Of a stretch of 64,000 nt of DNA, positions 11,101 through 25,256 are shown in pieces (the stretch's first letter is position 1; each line of letters starts with the position of its first letter). The translations under genes were made by a program, and so were the position numbers. A model generated the notes under the pieces. That model worked only from the letters and a program-made list of their open reading frames with translations, was not told the DNA's origin and did not search any database. The stretch lies in the NCBI GenBank assembly GCA_004431415.1, contig QPMI01000513.1:124001-188000 (forward strand), read 5' to 3'. This stretch comes from Cyanophora paradoxa CCMP329. Taxonomy: Eukaryota; Plantae; Glaucophyta.

Positions 11101-14100
11101 GGACCGGACCTCGACGCACCGGTACATCTGAAGCCATCGGAGGAAGGGCGGGCGGCGCGGCGCAGCGCGGCGAGGGGCCCGGTCAGCTCGAGGCCGGGCG
11201 AGGGCAGCCGAGGCGGGCTGCAGGAGGCGCGCAGGGCGGGGCGGGGCGGGCCTTCTCGTGGCGGTAGGCGCGGGTCTCGCGGCTCATCGCGAGCGCCGCG
11301 TGCATCGTGTCCGCCGTCGCCCGCACGTTCCACGCTGCCGCCGGCGGGTTCGGATTGGGAGGCCAGGCGCGCTCTCCAGGGCGGGGCCGGCACGGTTGAT
11401 GCGCATGGCGGTGCCGAGGAGCTGCGCCGTCCCCGCGAACTCCGAGATGATCAGCTGGCCCCGGTTCTGCCCCCCCGCCCGCCCCCCCGCCCGCCACGTC
11501 AGCGCCTCGTCCTGGCGTCTTGGCCGGGGGGCGGCGCGCCTCGACCTGGCAGACGATGTACTCCTGGCTCACGAGGTTCATCCCTGCCGCCGCCCCTCGG
11601 AAATGAGCGTGGAGGCGCGGGGCGGGGCGGGGCGGGGCGGGGCGGAGCGGGGCGGACCGTCGCGCAGGGACGTGATGACGGCCGCGTCGGCGATGCTGCG
11701 AGATGCGCGCGGAATCGAGGGAGTCCAGGGCCGCGGGGGTGGAGCGGGGTGGGCGGACGCGTAGAGGGCCGTCTGCACGTAGACACGTGAGCTCTACGGG
11801 GTCATCGGGGGGTACTGGGGAGGGGGGGGTACCAGCTCTTGGAAGTTCACGGACTGGTTGATGTAGCGGATCGGGCTGCCCGCCGTGGATTAGACCAGCG
11901 GTCTGCAGGCGCGCGCGTGCCAAGCGGACGGGAGGCGACCTGTGGTCGAGGGTGCCGTACGTCGAGTTGACGCGCCCGACGAGCTCGTTCACCTGCCGGG
12001 CCCCCTCACGCCCCCACGGGGCCCGGGCGCAGCGAGCGCGCGGGCCTCGGAGCAGAGGTTCTTGTACTCCTCCACGTCCGTCCGCGAGGGGATCGCCACC
12101 TGCGCCCCCGCCGCCTCGCCGTCGCGGGAGGGCGGGGCGCGGGTGCTGGGCGCGCGGGGCGGGTCCGGGCCTGGACGAGGACGGCGGTGCAGCGGTGCTG
12201 CGGGTACCGCGCCAGCAGGCTCTCGAAGGCCTGCACCCCGCCCCGCGAGCCGCTAAGCCGGCGGCGGGGCGGCGGCGGGCCGGAGGCGGCGGACGAGGAG
12301 CTTGTGGGGGAGGCCCTTGATGTAGTCGAGGCGGTCGACGCCGAGGAAGACCCGCTTCCCCTCGAACTGCGCCGGGGCGCCCGGTTCGCGCTCCACGCGG
12401 GGGCGGGGGCGGGGGCGGGGCGCCTGCTGGCGGAGCTCGGCGATGCGCTTGCGGACGGGGTCCGACTGCAGCGCCGCCAGGAAGCCCCCGGGGTCGATCC
12501 CGATCTGCCGCCCCCGCCGAGTGAGGTGGACGGTGCAGGGGCACGCGCGGGCGCGCAGGGGAGGCCGGGCGCACCGGGTAGATGCCGACGGCGACGCGGC
12601 GGCCGGCGTAGTCGACGCCCTGCGGCAGGCGGCGGTCGCGTGGGCGGCGCAGCGGGCGGGGGGCTCGGGGGGCGCGCGCGCACGCCGGGGTTCGTTGCCA
12701 GGCCCAGAATGCGCGTGCAGTTCGTCAGAAAGTGCTGCCCGCAACTCAGAGCCCGTTCGGTTCACTCGGCGAGTTCAGAGAGTGCACCCGCGCGTAGTCG
12801 TACGCTGCCGGCCGAGCGACGGAGGTGCGTGAGGGGCGGGCGGGCGGGCGGGCGGGCGGGCGGGCGGGCTGGTTTGCGAGGGCGCCCGGGTGCGGGCGGG
12901 ACGCACTGTGGAAGCCGACGAGGTCCGAGGCGAGCACCTGCCGGTTACGATCAGAGGCGCAACAAAGGGGCCCGCGGGGGCGGTGGCGGGGGCCGGCGGG
13001 CGGGCGTGCCCCCTCGAGGATCTGGGTGCGGAACGGCAGGACGCGGTACATCTGCGCGCCGGCCGGCGGGCCCGGGCGATCATGATCAGCTTCGCGCCAG
13101 GGTGGCGGTGGGCGAGCGAATGCAAGCGCAGTGGGCGCCTCGGAGGAGGGGAACGGGGTGTGGAGGAAGAAGCTGCGCATGCGGGGGCTTCAGCGGGGCG
13201 GAGGGCGCCGGGGCGGGGCGGAAGGGGAGCGCGCCCGATGGACATGGAGGGCCGCTTCTCGCGGAGGATCGCCGGCAGCAGCATCAAATGGTAGTCGTGC
13301 ACCCACACCAAGTCCCCCTGCCCCGTCCGGCCGGGCCGCCGCGTCAGGCGCCCCAGGGCGGAGAGAAGCAGCAAGCGGCCCGGCGCGGCAAGCCCAGCCA
13401 GAGCCCGAAGAAGGGAGGGAGGGGGGGAGAGGGGGAGGGGGGGAGGGGGGAAGGGGGGGAGAGGGGGGAGGGGGGGAGGGGGAGGGGGGGGAGGGGGAGG
13501 GGGGGAGGGGGAGGGGGGGAGGGGGGAGGGGGAAGGGAAGGGGGTTTAAGAGGTTAAAGAAGGGGGAAGGGGGAGGGGTGGTTAAGAGAGGAGCTCGAGG
13601 GGGGTTAAAGAGGGGGGGAGGGGGGAGAGACGGGGGGGGGAGGGGGGGGGAGGCACCTCGCGGTAGATCTCGAGCACCGCATCAGCGAACCGCTGCGGCC
13701 GGCCTCAAAAGATTCCCGGGGCGGAGGCTACAAATCGGGGTGGCTGGGGGGCGGGGCGGGCCTCGTTGGCGGCGATGTAGGCCTCCCACATGCGCGAGTT
13801 GAGGCGGCGCTCCTCCTCCGCGTCCGATCTGCCGGCCCCTCGGCTCGCCCGGTCCGGTCCGGCGCGGGGCGGCGAGGCGCGCGGGGCGCGGGGCGCGCTT
13901 GCTGAAGGTGTGGAGGGCCACGTAGTGGAAGAGCTGCCCCTCCGCGCGCGCGCTCAGCGGGGCGGCGGGGCGCGCGGGGAGCGGGCAGGGGCGGGCGCAC
14001 GGGCCAGAGGACCTGGTTGCAGAAGCCGTTGTAGAACGAGTCGGCCATGTCCTCCGGCAGGAACACCTGCCCGCCGGCCTTAGCAGCTGCTGCCGAAGGC

Positions 14101-14759
14101 TCAGGGCCGCGCCGCCCTCGCGCACCGGCCAGTTGTTCAGCTCGGAGTAGAGCCGCGTCTTCAGAGTCTGCTGCTCGCCTTCCGGCACCTTCGCGCGCGC
14201 CCCGCGGCGCAAGTTGAGGCACGCCCCGGCGTCGCGACGACGGGCGCCGGCGCGGCTCCAGCGCCAATTCGTACCTCGATGCCGGGCCAGCCGACCTGGC
14301 GGCCCAGGCAGTCAGACGCGATTCGGAGATCAAAAGCGATCTCGGTGCGCGCATACGTATACGCACCCAGGTGAAGTTGCGGCTCTTGAGGCCAGCCAAG
14401 CCCGACACGAGCTGCCGCACGCGTTCGGGATCGGACGAGGAGCGGGGCAAGGGGAGCCGGCGGAGAAGAGAGCGCGCACGCCGCCCGACGAGGCGCGGAA
14501 GTGGTAGTCCCCACCCTTCTTCGTGATTGTGACGGGCGAGCGGTTGCTGATGACGATCAGGTGGCCCGACTCCAGCTTCTTGTCGAGCGACGCGCGGCGC
14601 TCCTCCGCCGTGGTCCCCGTGTGGATTTCCGCGAGCTGCGCAATCGCTCGCTCGCTCCAGCTCCACGGGGGCAAAGCGCAGAACGAGATCATCGCACCCG
14701 TGCTTGCACTTCCCGGATGCGAGCGAGGAGCTCGAGCTCTGCCCCGCTCCGCTGCTCAT
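8122..14759 (-). CDS. TPS: Trehalose-6-phosphate synthase/phosphatase (GT20 + HAD), many exons
   Basis: LIVISNRSP, FYNGFCNQVLWP, DLVWVHDYHLMLLP, FFLHTPFPSSE, LGVDRLDYIKG, GMNLVSQEY, CLDYDG, FVVSGR, AAEHG, LAIGDDRT. Confidence 0.95.
13410..13655. repeat. Purine-rich (GGGGA)n low-complexity tract in a TPS intron
   Basis: About 240 bp of almost pure G/A between exons ...LEIYR and GDLVWVHDYH. Confidence 0.8.
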
Positions 14760-15342
14760 GCCCCTCCGAAACTTGCACGGACGAGCGCGGGGTCACGTTC
14801 CTGGCGTCACAGTCAAGCGAAACCGCTTGCAGAGCGCCAACGAAACGCCATAGGCGCGGGCGGCTGGCGCAGTCGAGCTCGGGGAGCGCGCGCGGGAGAA
14901 CGGCAGCACAGTCGCATACACATCGGCGCGCGCACCCGGAAGTCTCCTGCAGAAGAACCTCGTGGCCTGCATATGCGTTATGAGAAGCGAGGGCCGCGCT
15001 CCGCAGCGCGCGCCGCACCGAACATGGTTGTCCTTTCGGCACTGGAGCTGCGCCACTCAATTCGCACGCTCAATGCGACTTCTAATCGAACGCAGCGCAA
15101 GCGGGGCGCTCTGGAGCGCTGATCGATCAAGATGAGGTCGCTTGCTGCGGTTCTAGAAGTTGAATACCCCCCGCCGCAGCTCAGCACTGATACCCCCCCG
15201 ACGCGCGACTCAGCGGCGACTGAGGCGACTCCGCGAGAAAGAAGCGTCGGCTGCAGCGAAAAGTTTCACGCGTGAAGCGAGGAAGGCCGAGAGAACGAGC
15301 GAACGTACGCACGCGTTCTGATCAATTCTGCTAGCTCCGCTG

Positions 15343-18300
15343 ATGGAGTGCAGGACGCGCGCCGCGACCCTGCCTATCCTGAACGCGCGAGGCCTAGGTC
15401 CTCTGTATTCGCCCGCTCTGAGCGCCCGCCTGTCATCGATGCAAGCCCGCCTAAGCGCCGTATACGTAGCGCCGTATTGAGCGCTTGTTTACGGTCTTCC
15501 CCGTGATCATAGCCCATTCTTCACGCTCGATGTCAACACTTCCTTCGCCCGAGGGCGCTTGGGTCGTGCTGCGCGATGCCCTGCCCCTGTCCCTGGCTGG
15601 CTGGCTCGAGGTCGCCGTCGAGCTAGCTCGTCTAGTCTTCGACCTGCACGAGCAGTCCCCGAGCCTCCTCCTCGACGGCCTCCGCGTGCGCGCCGTTGTC
15701 GAACCCCGCCGCCTATAGCTGGCGCTCGGCGCGCGTTCTCGTACGCGTGCCACCGCAGCTGCAGGCTGATCGCTTCCTCCGCCGCGCAGCCCGGGAACAT
15801 CCGCGTCAGGTTCTCGTCGCCTGACGGAGCGGGTGCGCGTACAAACATCGCGCGAATCTTAACTTGTCGCCGATCCGCATCCGACTGGCCTCGCGCGCGC
15901 GCTGTGCAGGCGTCGATCTGCGGCTGGGGGCGCCAGGAGCGGATCTCGACCCGGACGCGGCGCGAGGCGAGGCCTTCGCGCACGGTTATACTGCGCCCGA
16001 GCTCTCGGGCCGCGCCGGCGCGAGCGACGGCCCCGACGAGCGCACGGTAGGCCTCTGTTTCGAATTCGATTCCGCCGCGGGCCGGCCCGCGCGCTGACGC
16101 CGGCCCCGCGCCCGCCCAGGACTTGTACTTTGCGGGACTGGCGCTCTACGAGGCCCTCGCAGGCCGGCCGCCCTTCTCGGGGTACACCGCCCAGGAGGCC
16201 GTCCACGCCCACCTCGCCAAGCGGTCCGCACACGCCCCCCCTTCGACTCCTGTTCGGTCTCGAAACAACTTCCCTCCTCAACCCCGTCCAGGCCGCCTCC
16301 TGCCTCGCGCCTCCGCCCCGCCTCGGCCGATCGCGTACCCCGCGTCGTCGACTCGATCCTCGACGTGCGATTTCATACCCCTCCCCGCCCGGGTACGGCC
16401 GTCGCGACTTTCGCCGCAGCGGCTGCTGGCCAAGGCGCCTGCGGAGCGCTACCAGAGCGCCTACGGGCTGCTGCAGGACCTCCTGATGTGCGTGTACCCC
16501 CTCAATCCCCCCCCCCTCCCGAGCCGGCGGCCAGGTGCCTCCGGGAGTATGGGGAGAGGGGGGACGTCGCCCCCTTCCCCTTGGGCGCCCACGACCACAG
16601 GCGCGCCGCGCCGCTTCCCCCGGCCCTCTCGCTCGGGCCCTGCTCGAGCCGGGGGCCGGCAGCGCGAGCCTGGCGCGCGGGGATCGCCTCTACGGGCGCT
16701 CGGCCGAGCTGGAGACCGGCCTCGCCGCCTGCAAGCGCGTCCAGGCGCCCGCCCCGCCCCGCACCCTCGCCCGCCAGCGCCCTCGCGCGACGGCCCGCGG
16801 CAGGAGACGGGCCGCCCCGCGCTGCTGGTGGTGCGGGGGCCGCCCGGGGCCGGGAAGACCTACCTGTGCGCCGAGCTGGGCCGCCGCGCCGCCGCCGCCG
16901 GCCTCGCCTCCCGCGTCCTCGCGGGGAAGGCCGACCAGTACAACCGGTGCGCCTCCCCCTCCGCCTCTTCTTCTTCTGCGGAGGCGAGCGGGGCGAGGGG
17001 GGCGGGCAGGGCGCCCTTCTCGACGTGGCTGCGGGCGGTGGAGGCGCTCGTGGGGCAGGCCCTCGCCCTCCCCGGCCCCGCCGCCCGCGACTGGCGCGCC
17101 GCCTTCGCCGCCGCCCTCGGGGCACGCCCCGCCCCGCCCCGCCCCGCGCTTTTCCCCGGCCGACCGGGGGCAGGAGGACGCGCGGGTGCTCGTGGACGTC
17201 GCGCCGGCCGCGCGGCTGCTCCTCGGCAGCGTGCGCCCCGCCCCGGCGCCCCGCGCGCCCTAGGCCTCCCTCCCAGCCGGTCGCGCACAGGAGCTGCCGC
17301 CGCTGCCGGAGCTGCCGGTGGCGGAGGCGCAGGAGCGCTTCCGGGCGGCCTTCTGCGCCCTCCTGCGCGCCGCCGCCGCCGGCCCCGCCTCCCCCGCCTC
17401 CCGCAAGCGCGGGCCCGACGGGCGCGCCGCCCCTCCCCCGCGTCCTTCCCTCCCGCGTCCTCACGGGGCGCGCGCAGGCTGGCCCGGGAGGGCGTGCCCC
17501 CGGGCTGTCCCGCCCTCATCGTGGTCCTCGACGACTGCCAGGCCCGCCCCGCCCCGCCCCGCCCCGCCCCGCTCTGGTCTCGGCCCTGACCGCCGGGCGG
17601 GGCGGGCAGTGGGCGGACGGGGAGAGCCTGGCGCTGGCGGAGCACCTGCTCGGGAGCGCGGCGCTCCCGCTGCTCCTCTGCGTCACCCTGCGCGACGGAG
17701 AGGCCGTCGACGCCATCGCCGCCCTCGAGTTCGTCGAGCGCGCGAGCGGCCTCCACCCGTGCGCCGAGCTGCGCGCCGCGCCCCTCTCCCCCGGCGAGTG
17801 TGCAGCCCTCGTCCGCGACGCCGTGCGCCCCGCCCGCTCCGCTCCGCTCCTCCGGCTCCCCTCGTGAGGCCGGCGCGCAGCTCGGGTCCGGCGTCCCGCG
17901 GGGGGAGGGCGGCGATGCGCGCGTGGCGGCGCTGGGGGCGGCGGTGCACCGGAAGACGGGGGGCAACCCGCTGCACGCGACCGCCTTCCTGCGCGCCCTC
18001 CACGAGCGGCGCGCCCTCCGCTTCGACCACCGCGCCGCCCGCTGGCACTGGAGCCAGGCCGAGGTCGAGGCCGAGCGGGCGCGCCCGGCCCCTCGTTCCC
18101 CGGACTCCTCCGAGCGGCGCCCTTGATCGACCGCGCGCGCAGGAGGGCGGCACGGTGGTGGAGATGATGCAGCGCCTCCTGCGGGCTCTGCCCCAGGCGA
18201 CCTCGCGCTCGCTGCTGCCGGCGCCCCTCGCCCGCTGCCCGTTCACTTGCATTCGTTCGTCGGTCAGGAGACGCAGCGGGTGCTGCAGGTGGCGAGCTGC

Positions 18301-21300
18301 TGCGGCGCCTCCTTCGACGCCGGCACCCTCGCCCTCATCGCCGGCCTCCCCCGCCCCGTGCGCGACGCGCCAATGCCGCGCCCCACGCCCGACCGACCGG
18401 CCGAGCCGTTGTCGCCGCCGCCGGCAGGCGATCCTGGAGCGGCCGCGGCCGGCGCTGGCGGCGGGGCTCGTCGCGCTGCGGGACGCGTGCCCGGCCGGTG
18501 TGCCCCGGAGGCAAAGCCGGCGGAGGGCTGCGGGGAGGCGGGGGCGGGCCCCCCGGCGCCGCCGGCGCCGCCGGCGCTCGCCGACGCAGTCTTCGTCTTC
18601 CGGCACGACAAGATCCAGCAGGCGCCCAGCAGACTTCGACCCTCAACGCTTGTCGAAAGTTTGCTGAAGCTTGGGCTCGGACTGGGCGCAGGCGTCGCAC
18701 GACTCGCTTGACGCGCGGGAGCGGCGGGCGGCGTGCCTCCGCGCCGGCCTCCTCCTCTTCACCTCCTGCCCCGACCCGTGCGCCCCTTCTATCGGCGTTT
18801 GGGCATGGGTCTCGACGGGGCGCTGCGTTCGAGTCTCGGTCGGGCAGGGCGCAGCTGGAGAACATTTTCGAGGTGGCGAACCTGATCAACGCGGGGCTCC
18901 CGGCGCCGCCGGCGGCCGGCCCGAGCACCCCACCGGCGCCGGTGCTGCTGCTGGCGGCGGGGCGAACGCGCTGGCGGCGCTGCGGGCGCGGCGCTGCACG
19001 GGCTACGCGCGGGCCCTCGACTACGCCTCGCTGGGCCTGGCCGCCCTCCGCATGGCCGAGGCCGCCCCGCCCGACCGGCCGGCGGCCGCCTCGAGCTCGG
19101 AGGCGGCCGCCCCGGGCGAGACGGAGGAGGCGGAGCCGCTGGACCTCGCCTCCCCGCGCTCCGTCGAGTTCGCCCTCCAGGTCCTCCCCGTCGGTTTCCC
19201 CCGATCGCGAGAGCTCTCCGCCTTCTGGAAGTGCCCGAGCAACTCCGACGCGAATTGAGCGCGAGGGAACCAGCGTTCTCGTCGGGCTAGATCTGAAATT
19301 TAGAATGTGCGGCGCTATTAGATTGAGCTTATCCTGAAGGGGCGTTCCTGTTGGGCTGATCGAAGGGGCGCGCGGTGCCAGGTGGTGGTGGCGGAGTGCG
19401 AGCACCTGCGGGGCGGCTTCGAGGCCGCCGCCGCCCGCTTCGAGGCCGCCTGGGCCCTCGCCGCCTCCCGCCCCCAGCGCCTCCGCGGTGCCCCGCGCGC
19501 GCCTCCCAGCGGCTCTCGCCTTCGACTCACGGGGACTCACGGGGGCGGCAGTGTACCGAGGCCGGGTTGCGCTGCTGTCGAGCCAGGGGCGCTTCCGGGA
19601 GAGCTACGAGGCCGGCGTCGAGTGCCTCGCCGCCCTCTGGGGCGTCCGCATCCCCCTCGGTGCCCTCCGGACCCCGCACCTCCCGCACCGTCAGATCTGA
19701 TCTGATCATCCGATCCGATCCGATCGGGTCCGCCTCAGACGTGACGATGGCGGACTACGAGCGGGAGTTCGAGGCCCTCGTCGCCGCCATCTTCGCCCTC
19801 CAGGCCCGCCCCCGTCTGCTTGCAGAGTTCCCCGCCCCCGCTCTTCTCGCGTGCTCTGCTCGGGTGCCGAGGTCCCGCATGCAGGCCGACGCAGAGGACC
19901 GGAGCCCGACGCCGCCGCCCGGGGCGGCGGGGCCCGCTCCGAACCCGCGGGCGGGGCCGGCGGCTCTCACCGACGTCCTCTGCAGCCTCCCGGACTGCTC
20001 CGACCGCGGTGCGCACTCGCACGGAGCGTTTGAATTCAGTTTATATCTCGGCGCCTATGACGCGGAGGGCGGGGCTCGCAGAGACGCTGGATCTGCTGCA
20101 GGTGGCGGGCGAGGCGGCCCTCTCCGCCGGCTACGCCGCCGCCTGCGCCGTCTTCGGCACCATCCCCGCCCGGTCCGCGCGCGTTCCCCCGCTGCACATT
20201 AGCTCCCCAGTTCCGCGGCCCGATGCCGCCTCGCAGGGCCCTACGGCTGAGCTTGCGGCACGGCGTGGGGCCCCAGACGGCCTTTCTCTGCGCCATGATC
20301 GGCCAGGCGCGCACACGCTTCGACGTTGCCCGGGCGCCTGCGCTGGGTGACGGCTGCTCGGGCGCGCAGTTTGGGTCGGTGCTGGACCGCTTCAAGCCCT
20401 ACGCCTTCCCCTTTGCTGAGGTCCTCCGCGCCCCTCTCGATCTGCGGCGGGCCGGGGCTGCAGCTGCCCCGGCCGGGCCCCGGCCCTCGCGCCCCGACCC
20501 GGTCCGGTGCGGCAGGTGTCGATCCGCTTCCTGGAGCGGGACAGGGGCATGCGCCCCCGCAACCGCGTCAACGTGCGGCCGCGCCCGCCTCCGCCCCGGG
20601 CCCGCCCGCGCCGCGTCCTGCGACCCGCCGGCCGCGGACGCAGGCGCTCCTCTGGACATCTATCGCCTCCGTGTGGGGCGTGCCCTACTCCGCCTCCCTC
20701 GCGGTGCGCGCCGCCGCGGCCCTTCGGACTCCCTGCCCTCCGCCAATCGCGACCTCGTGCTTGGCAGTACTCTGCGGAGGGGATGCCGCTGGCGGTGGAG
20801 GCCGGCGCCATGGTCGAGGCCGTCTGCTTCGGCATCGTCCAGGCGCGCCCCTGAAGAGCGAAATTCTAGCGAATTAAAGCGGTTTAGGTTTATTTGTGGA
20901 CTACTTGCCCACATTTATGAAAAGGTTTGTCAAAGTTCTGGCTTGGGCTCGATTATGCCCGCATTCGCAGGTGGTGAACGCCTTCGTCGTCGAGCGCCTG
21001 GACGCCTACGAGAAGCGCCGTGCGCGGCCGCGCAGCGCTTTACTTGCGGGCGCTCTCCTAACTGAACGCCGCCGACGCGCCTTTGCAGTGGAGGCCGTGC
21101 TGGGCCTCTTCGCGCAGACGCGCAGCGGCCTCATGGCCCTCGTCTCCGGCCCCTTCCTTGCCGCCGCCCACGCCCTCCGCGTGTGCTCCGCCCCGGCGCA
21201 GCGCTCTTCTCCCGAGCTTGAGGGGCCGCGGGGGGGCGCAGGGGGCGCCCGACGACGCCGGCCTGGGCCCCTTCGCCCTCCCCGCTGCCGGTGCCGCCGC

Positions 21301-24300
21301 CGGTGGCGGAGCTGGGCGCCGGCCGCTGTGGGCGGAGCTGGACGCCGCCAAGTTCGAGGCCGACCTCGCCTCCCTCCCCATGTGCTGGTGCCCTCCAACC
21401 CAGCGCCCCGGAAAGAGCAGCGGCCTTTTTTACCCACGCGCACGGGCACGGCGGCAGGGCGAGCAGCTTCTACTGCTTCGCGGCGATGGTCCGCTTCTTC
21501 GTCGCCGGCAACCTCCCCGCCGTGCGCGACCCGCCCCTCCCAGCGCGCGGACCTCCGCGTTCCCACGCGTTGCGCGTTTTGCGCGCGGGCCGGGCGGCCG
21601 CTCGGCCTAGTTCAGCTCTCTTAGAATTTCCTGTCGAGGCCTGGGATGGCGGCAGATGTGGCGGGTGGCGGCGGCGTACGAGGCGCTGGGGGCCGACCCC
21701 ATCGACGTCCGCCAGGCCGTCTCCTGCGGTGCGCGCGCGCCGCTCCCCCGCCCCCGCCCCGCCTCGTCTAGCTTTGCACACCGGAGGCCCGATCTCTCGA
21801 GCTTTGACCCCCCGCGCATCCCTGCTCGAGGTTCTTAAAAGAGCGAACGATGAATCCAATAAGCTTAAGCATAAGATTTTGAGGCCGCGCCCGCACGTCC
21901 GGGCTCTCCTCGACGGGCCCTGCAGAGCAGGAGATCTCTCTCGCAATGGGGCTTGCCCTCGGCTCCCGCCTCTCCCCGGGGCCTGCGGCGGCCGGGGCGG
22001 ATCCTGAACCCGGCCCGAGCCCCCTCGAGCGCGCGCGGCTCTCCGGGCGGCTCGCGTTCTACGCGGGGCGCGGTGCGGCGCGAGCGCGCGGGGCCCCGGC
22101 TCGCGCATCCTCACCCTGCGGCGCAGCGCGGGTGAGCGCGGAGGCGGCGCCGCACAACTTCCGCTCCTGGCACCGCCTCCTGCAGGCCGAGCAGGAGCGC
22201 GCCGATGGCGCCGCCCTCGCGGCCCTCCGCTCCTACGAGGCCGCCCGCGCCGCCGCCGAGGAGGCCGGCTGCCGCCTCGTCGCCCTCGCGGCCGGCGAGC
22301 GCGCGGCGGGGCTCGCCGCCGAGTGCGACCTGCCGGCCGCCGCCGAGGGCTACGCCGAGGCGGCCGCCCGCACCTGCGACCGCTGGGGCGCCGCTGGCAA
22401 GGCCGCCGCGCTCCGCGGCAGGCGCGCCCGCCTCCGAGTTGAGGACGCAGCGCGCTTCTGACGCTGCCCCGCAGGCGCCTCCCGCCGCCGCCCGCCGCCG
22501 AGGAGGAGGAAGAGGCGGCGCCGCCGTCGGGTGCGACGGAGGGCGAGCTGCAGGGCGGCGGGCATGGGTACGCGGAGGCGGACACGGCGTCGATGGAGAC
22601 GGGGACGGGGACGGCCTCCTCCTTGGCGGGGCCCGACGCCGGCGCCGCCGCCCCGTCTCTCTCCTCCCTCTCCCGCCCCTCCAGCAGCGGCTGGCCCTGC
22701 TCCTCCGCCCACAGGTCCGACATCGGCGCGCCTAACTCCGATCGAGCGCCTCTGACTTTGCCTGCACGTGCATTTTTCGCGCGCAGCGCGTCGGTGTCGG
22801 CGTGGCAGCAGCACGGGCGGGATGCCGCCACCTCCTCCGCCGCCTCCGGCGCCGGCTCCGCCGCGGGGGCCCGCCGCGAGGTCCTCCGCTCGGGGCCCAC
22901 TGTCGGCCCCGCGGCCGCCGCCGCCTCCCACAGCACGACCCTCCTCCAGGTGCCGTGAGGGCTCGTCGGGGCCCGCGCATGCGAGATCGCGAACGAAACT
23001 CCCGCGCGGCAGGGGCGCTGCTGCTCGCCGGCGAGTCGCCTGCGCCGCTGCGCGCGCTGGCGGAGCGGCTGCTGGCGGCCGCCATCGAGCTCGGCGGCGC
23101 CCAGCGCGGCCTCCTCATCCTCGAGCGCGAGCCGCCGGGTGCCGCCGCCACCGCCGCCGTCGCAGGCCCGGCGCACGTGCGCGCGCGTTGCTGGCCGTGG
23201 GCCCCGCTTCGCTCAAGGCCTAGGGGCGGCAGAGTTTGAGCGCGGCGCGGCGGGAATACTTTGTGGAGGCCCGCGGGGAGGTGGTCGACGCGTGCGCGCC
23301 TTCTGCGCCCTCTAGACTGCAGCTGCAGCCAACACCTGCGAGCGCGTGCGCGCAGGCTCGAGCAGCCGCCCCGCCCCACGCACCGCATCCACGTCGAGGG
23401 CGGCGCCTCGCGGCCGCTGGCGGAGTGCGGGGCGCTGCTGTGCGTGCGGGCGGCGGAGTGGGCGCTCTGCTGCGGGCGCCCCGCCTGCCTCCGCCGCGAC
23501 GCCGACGGGACGAGTGGCGCGCCTGCCCGCCTCCCCGCCGCCCCGAGCTCGCCTAACGCTGCGGCAGGGCGCCGCTGGAGCTGCGGTCGGACCCCTACGC
23601 GGCCGCCGCCGGCGTGCAGTCCCTCCTCGTCCTGCCCCTGCCCCTCCAGGCCCGCCCCGCCCCGCCCCGCCCCGCCCCGCCCCGCCTCCGGATCCAATTG
23701 TGCGATCCGCCCGCCTTCTCTGATCGCCGGCCCGGTGCTTGTGTGCAGGGCCGCACGATCGGCGCAATCTACCTCGAGAGCCGGTGAGCCGGCGCCAGCG
23801 CACGCAACCGGCCGCGGCCCCGCCCCGGCCAGCAGCAGCACTGCTGGAATTTATTATTGATGTGAAATGAGATCGATCTCCGTGCGCGCAGGCTGCTGCG
23901 GAGCGCGTTCACGCCGCCGGTCGTCGATGCCTTCTCCGCCCTCGCCCCGCAGGCGCGCGCATGCGCAGCCTCCCGCCCGCGCCCTCCGGCCCCGCTCCGG
24001 GGGATCCTCCCCCCGAGCCGGCCGAGCGCAGCTGGCGGTGGCGGTGGCGAACGCGCGGCTCCACGCGGCGCTCCGCCGCGCCCGCGACGATCTCGCCTCC
24101 CTCCTCGGTCCGCCCCCGCCCCTCTGCATCCCTTCAGATTTGTGGCTGACGCGCCATCCGCTGCGCAGCGAGTGGTGCGCCACATGCACGCACTTGCTTT
24201 ATTCTCTTAAATTCGAATACTAAGTTCCCTGCTCTCGCAGCGCCCGACGCCATCCTTGCGGTTGACAACGAGGTATGCCGGGCGCAAGCGCAATTTTTAG

Positions 24301-25256
24301 AACTGGAGGGAGCACTTAAAAACATATTCGGATGGCTCACATGGTGCGCGGCAGCTGGCGGTGGCGTTGGCGAGCGGGGCGGCGGGACGCCTGTGGGGCG
24401 GGGCCGGCCCCCTCGTCGGCCGCAGGCTCCCCGACCTCCTCTCCCTCCCCCCGGTCCGCTGGGCTCACCTTTAATATTAGCGATCGGGCCGAGCTCCCGC
24501 GGTCGCGGCTCACGCCTTACTCAGGAGCTCTTCACGGCTCTGGAGGGCCTTCGCGGCTGCGGGGGGCCCGCCGCCGTTCATCTTCGACCTCTGGACCGCT
24601 TCCAGAGAGCGTGCGTGCAACCCGCCGCGCCGAAGGCCCGGCGCCGGCGCCGGCGGCATGAGCGTGGGCCTCTCCGCAGCGTCGCGCACGTGGGCGGGCC
24701 TTCGGCCGCGAGCGGGGCCGGCGCCGGCGCCGACGTCGAAGTCGAGGCGAGCCCGGCCGCCGTCCCGCTGTCCGCGCCCGGCCCGCCTGATCACGGGGCC
24801 AGGTCCTCGTCGTCCCTCTCGAGAGGGGCGAGGCTGAGGGCGACTTCGCGAGCGGCAGTGCCGGCGGGGGGCGTCCGGCGCCGCACGCTGCCGCGCGGGC
24901 GCCTTCCGTTCCTGGCCCACCCCGCTTCGCCGTTCATGGTGAATGAATATTGTTATCTTTCAGCGAACCGCCGCTTGCGACCGCGCGTTGCATTCACGGC
25001 TGACGTCGCGTGCAGTGCGGGTCAACGGCGGGGCGCCGACGGGGGCGGGGAGCCGGCGGGGAGCGGGGAGCCGGCGCCGGGCGCCCGCGTGGCGTCCGAG
25101 GCGTGCGCGCCGGCCGGCATGTGCATCTCGCCCAGCCCCGCAGCCGCGGCTCCTGCGCCCGGCCTTCAGGTCCCCGGCTCCGGCTCCGGCTCCGCGGAGG
25201 TCGGCGCCCCGCCTGCGCGCGCCGCGCATGCGCAACGCGGCCCTCTTCCACGCTGA
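15343..25256 (+). CDS. Large Ser/Thr-kinase-like / AAA (STAND-type) ATPase / GAF protein of the bacterial HstK-like architecture, many exons
   Basis: DLYFAGLALYEALAGRPPF, LLAKAPAERYQSAYGLLQDL, Walker A GPPGAGKT, VLDDCQWAD, KTGGNP, FRHDKIQQA, APHNFRSWHRLLQAE, GAF-like DPY...SLLVLP...GAIYLE. Start and stop approximate. Confidence 0.8.
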
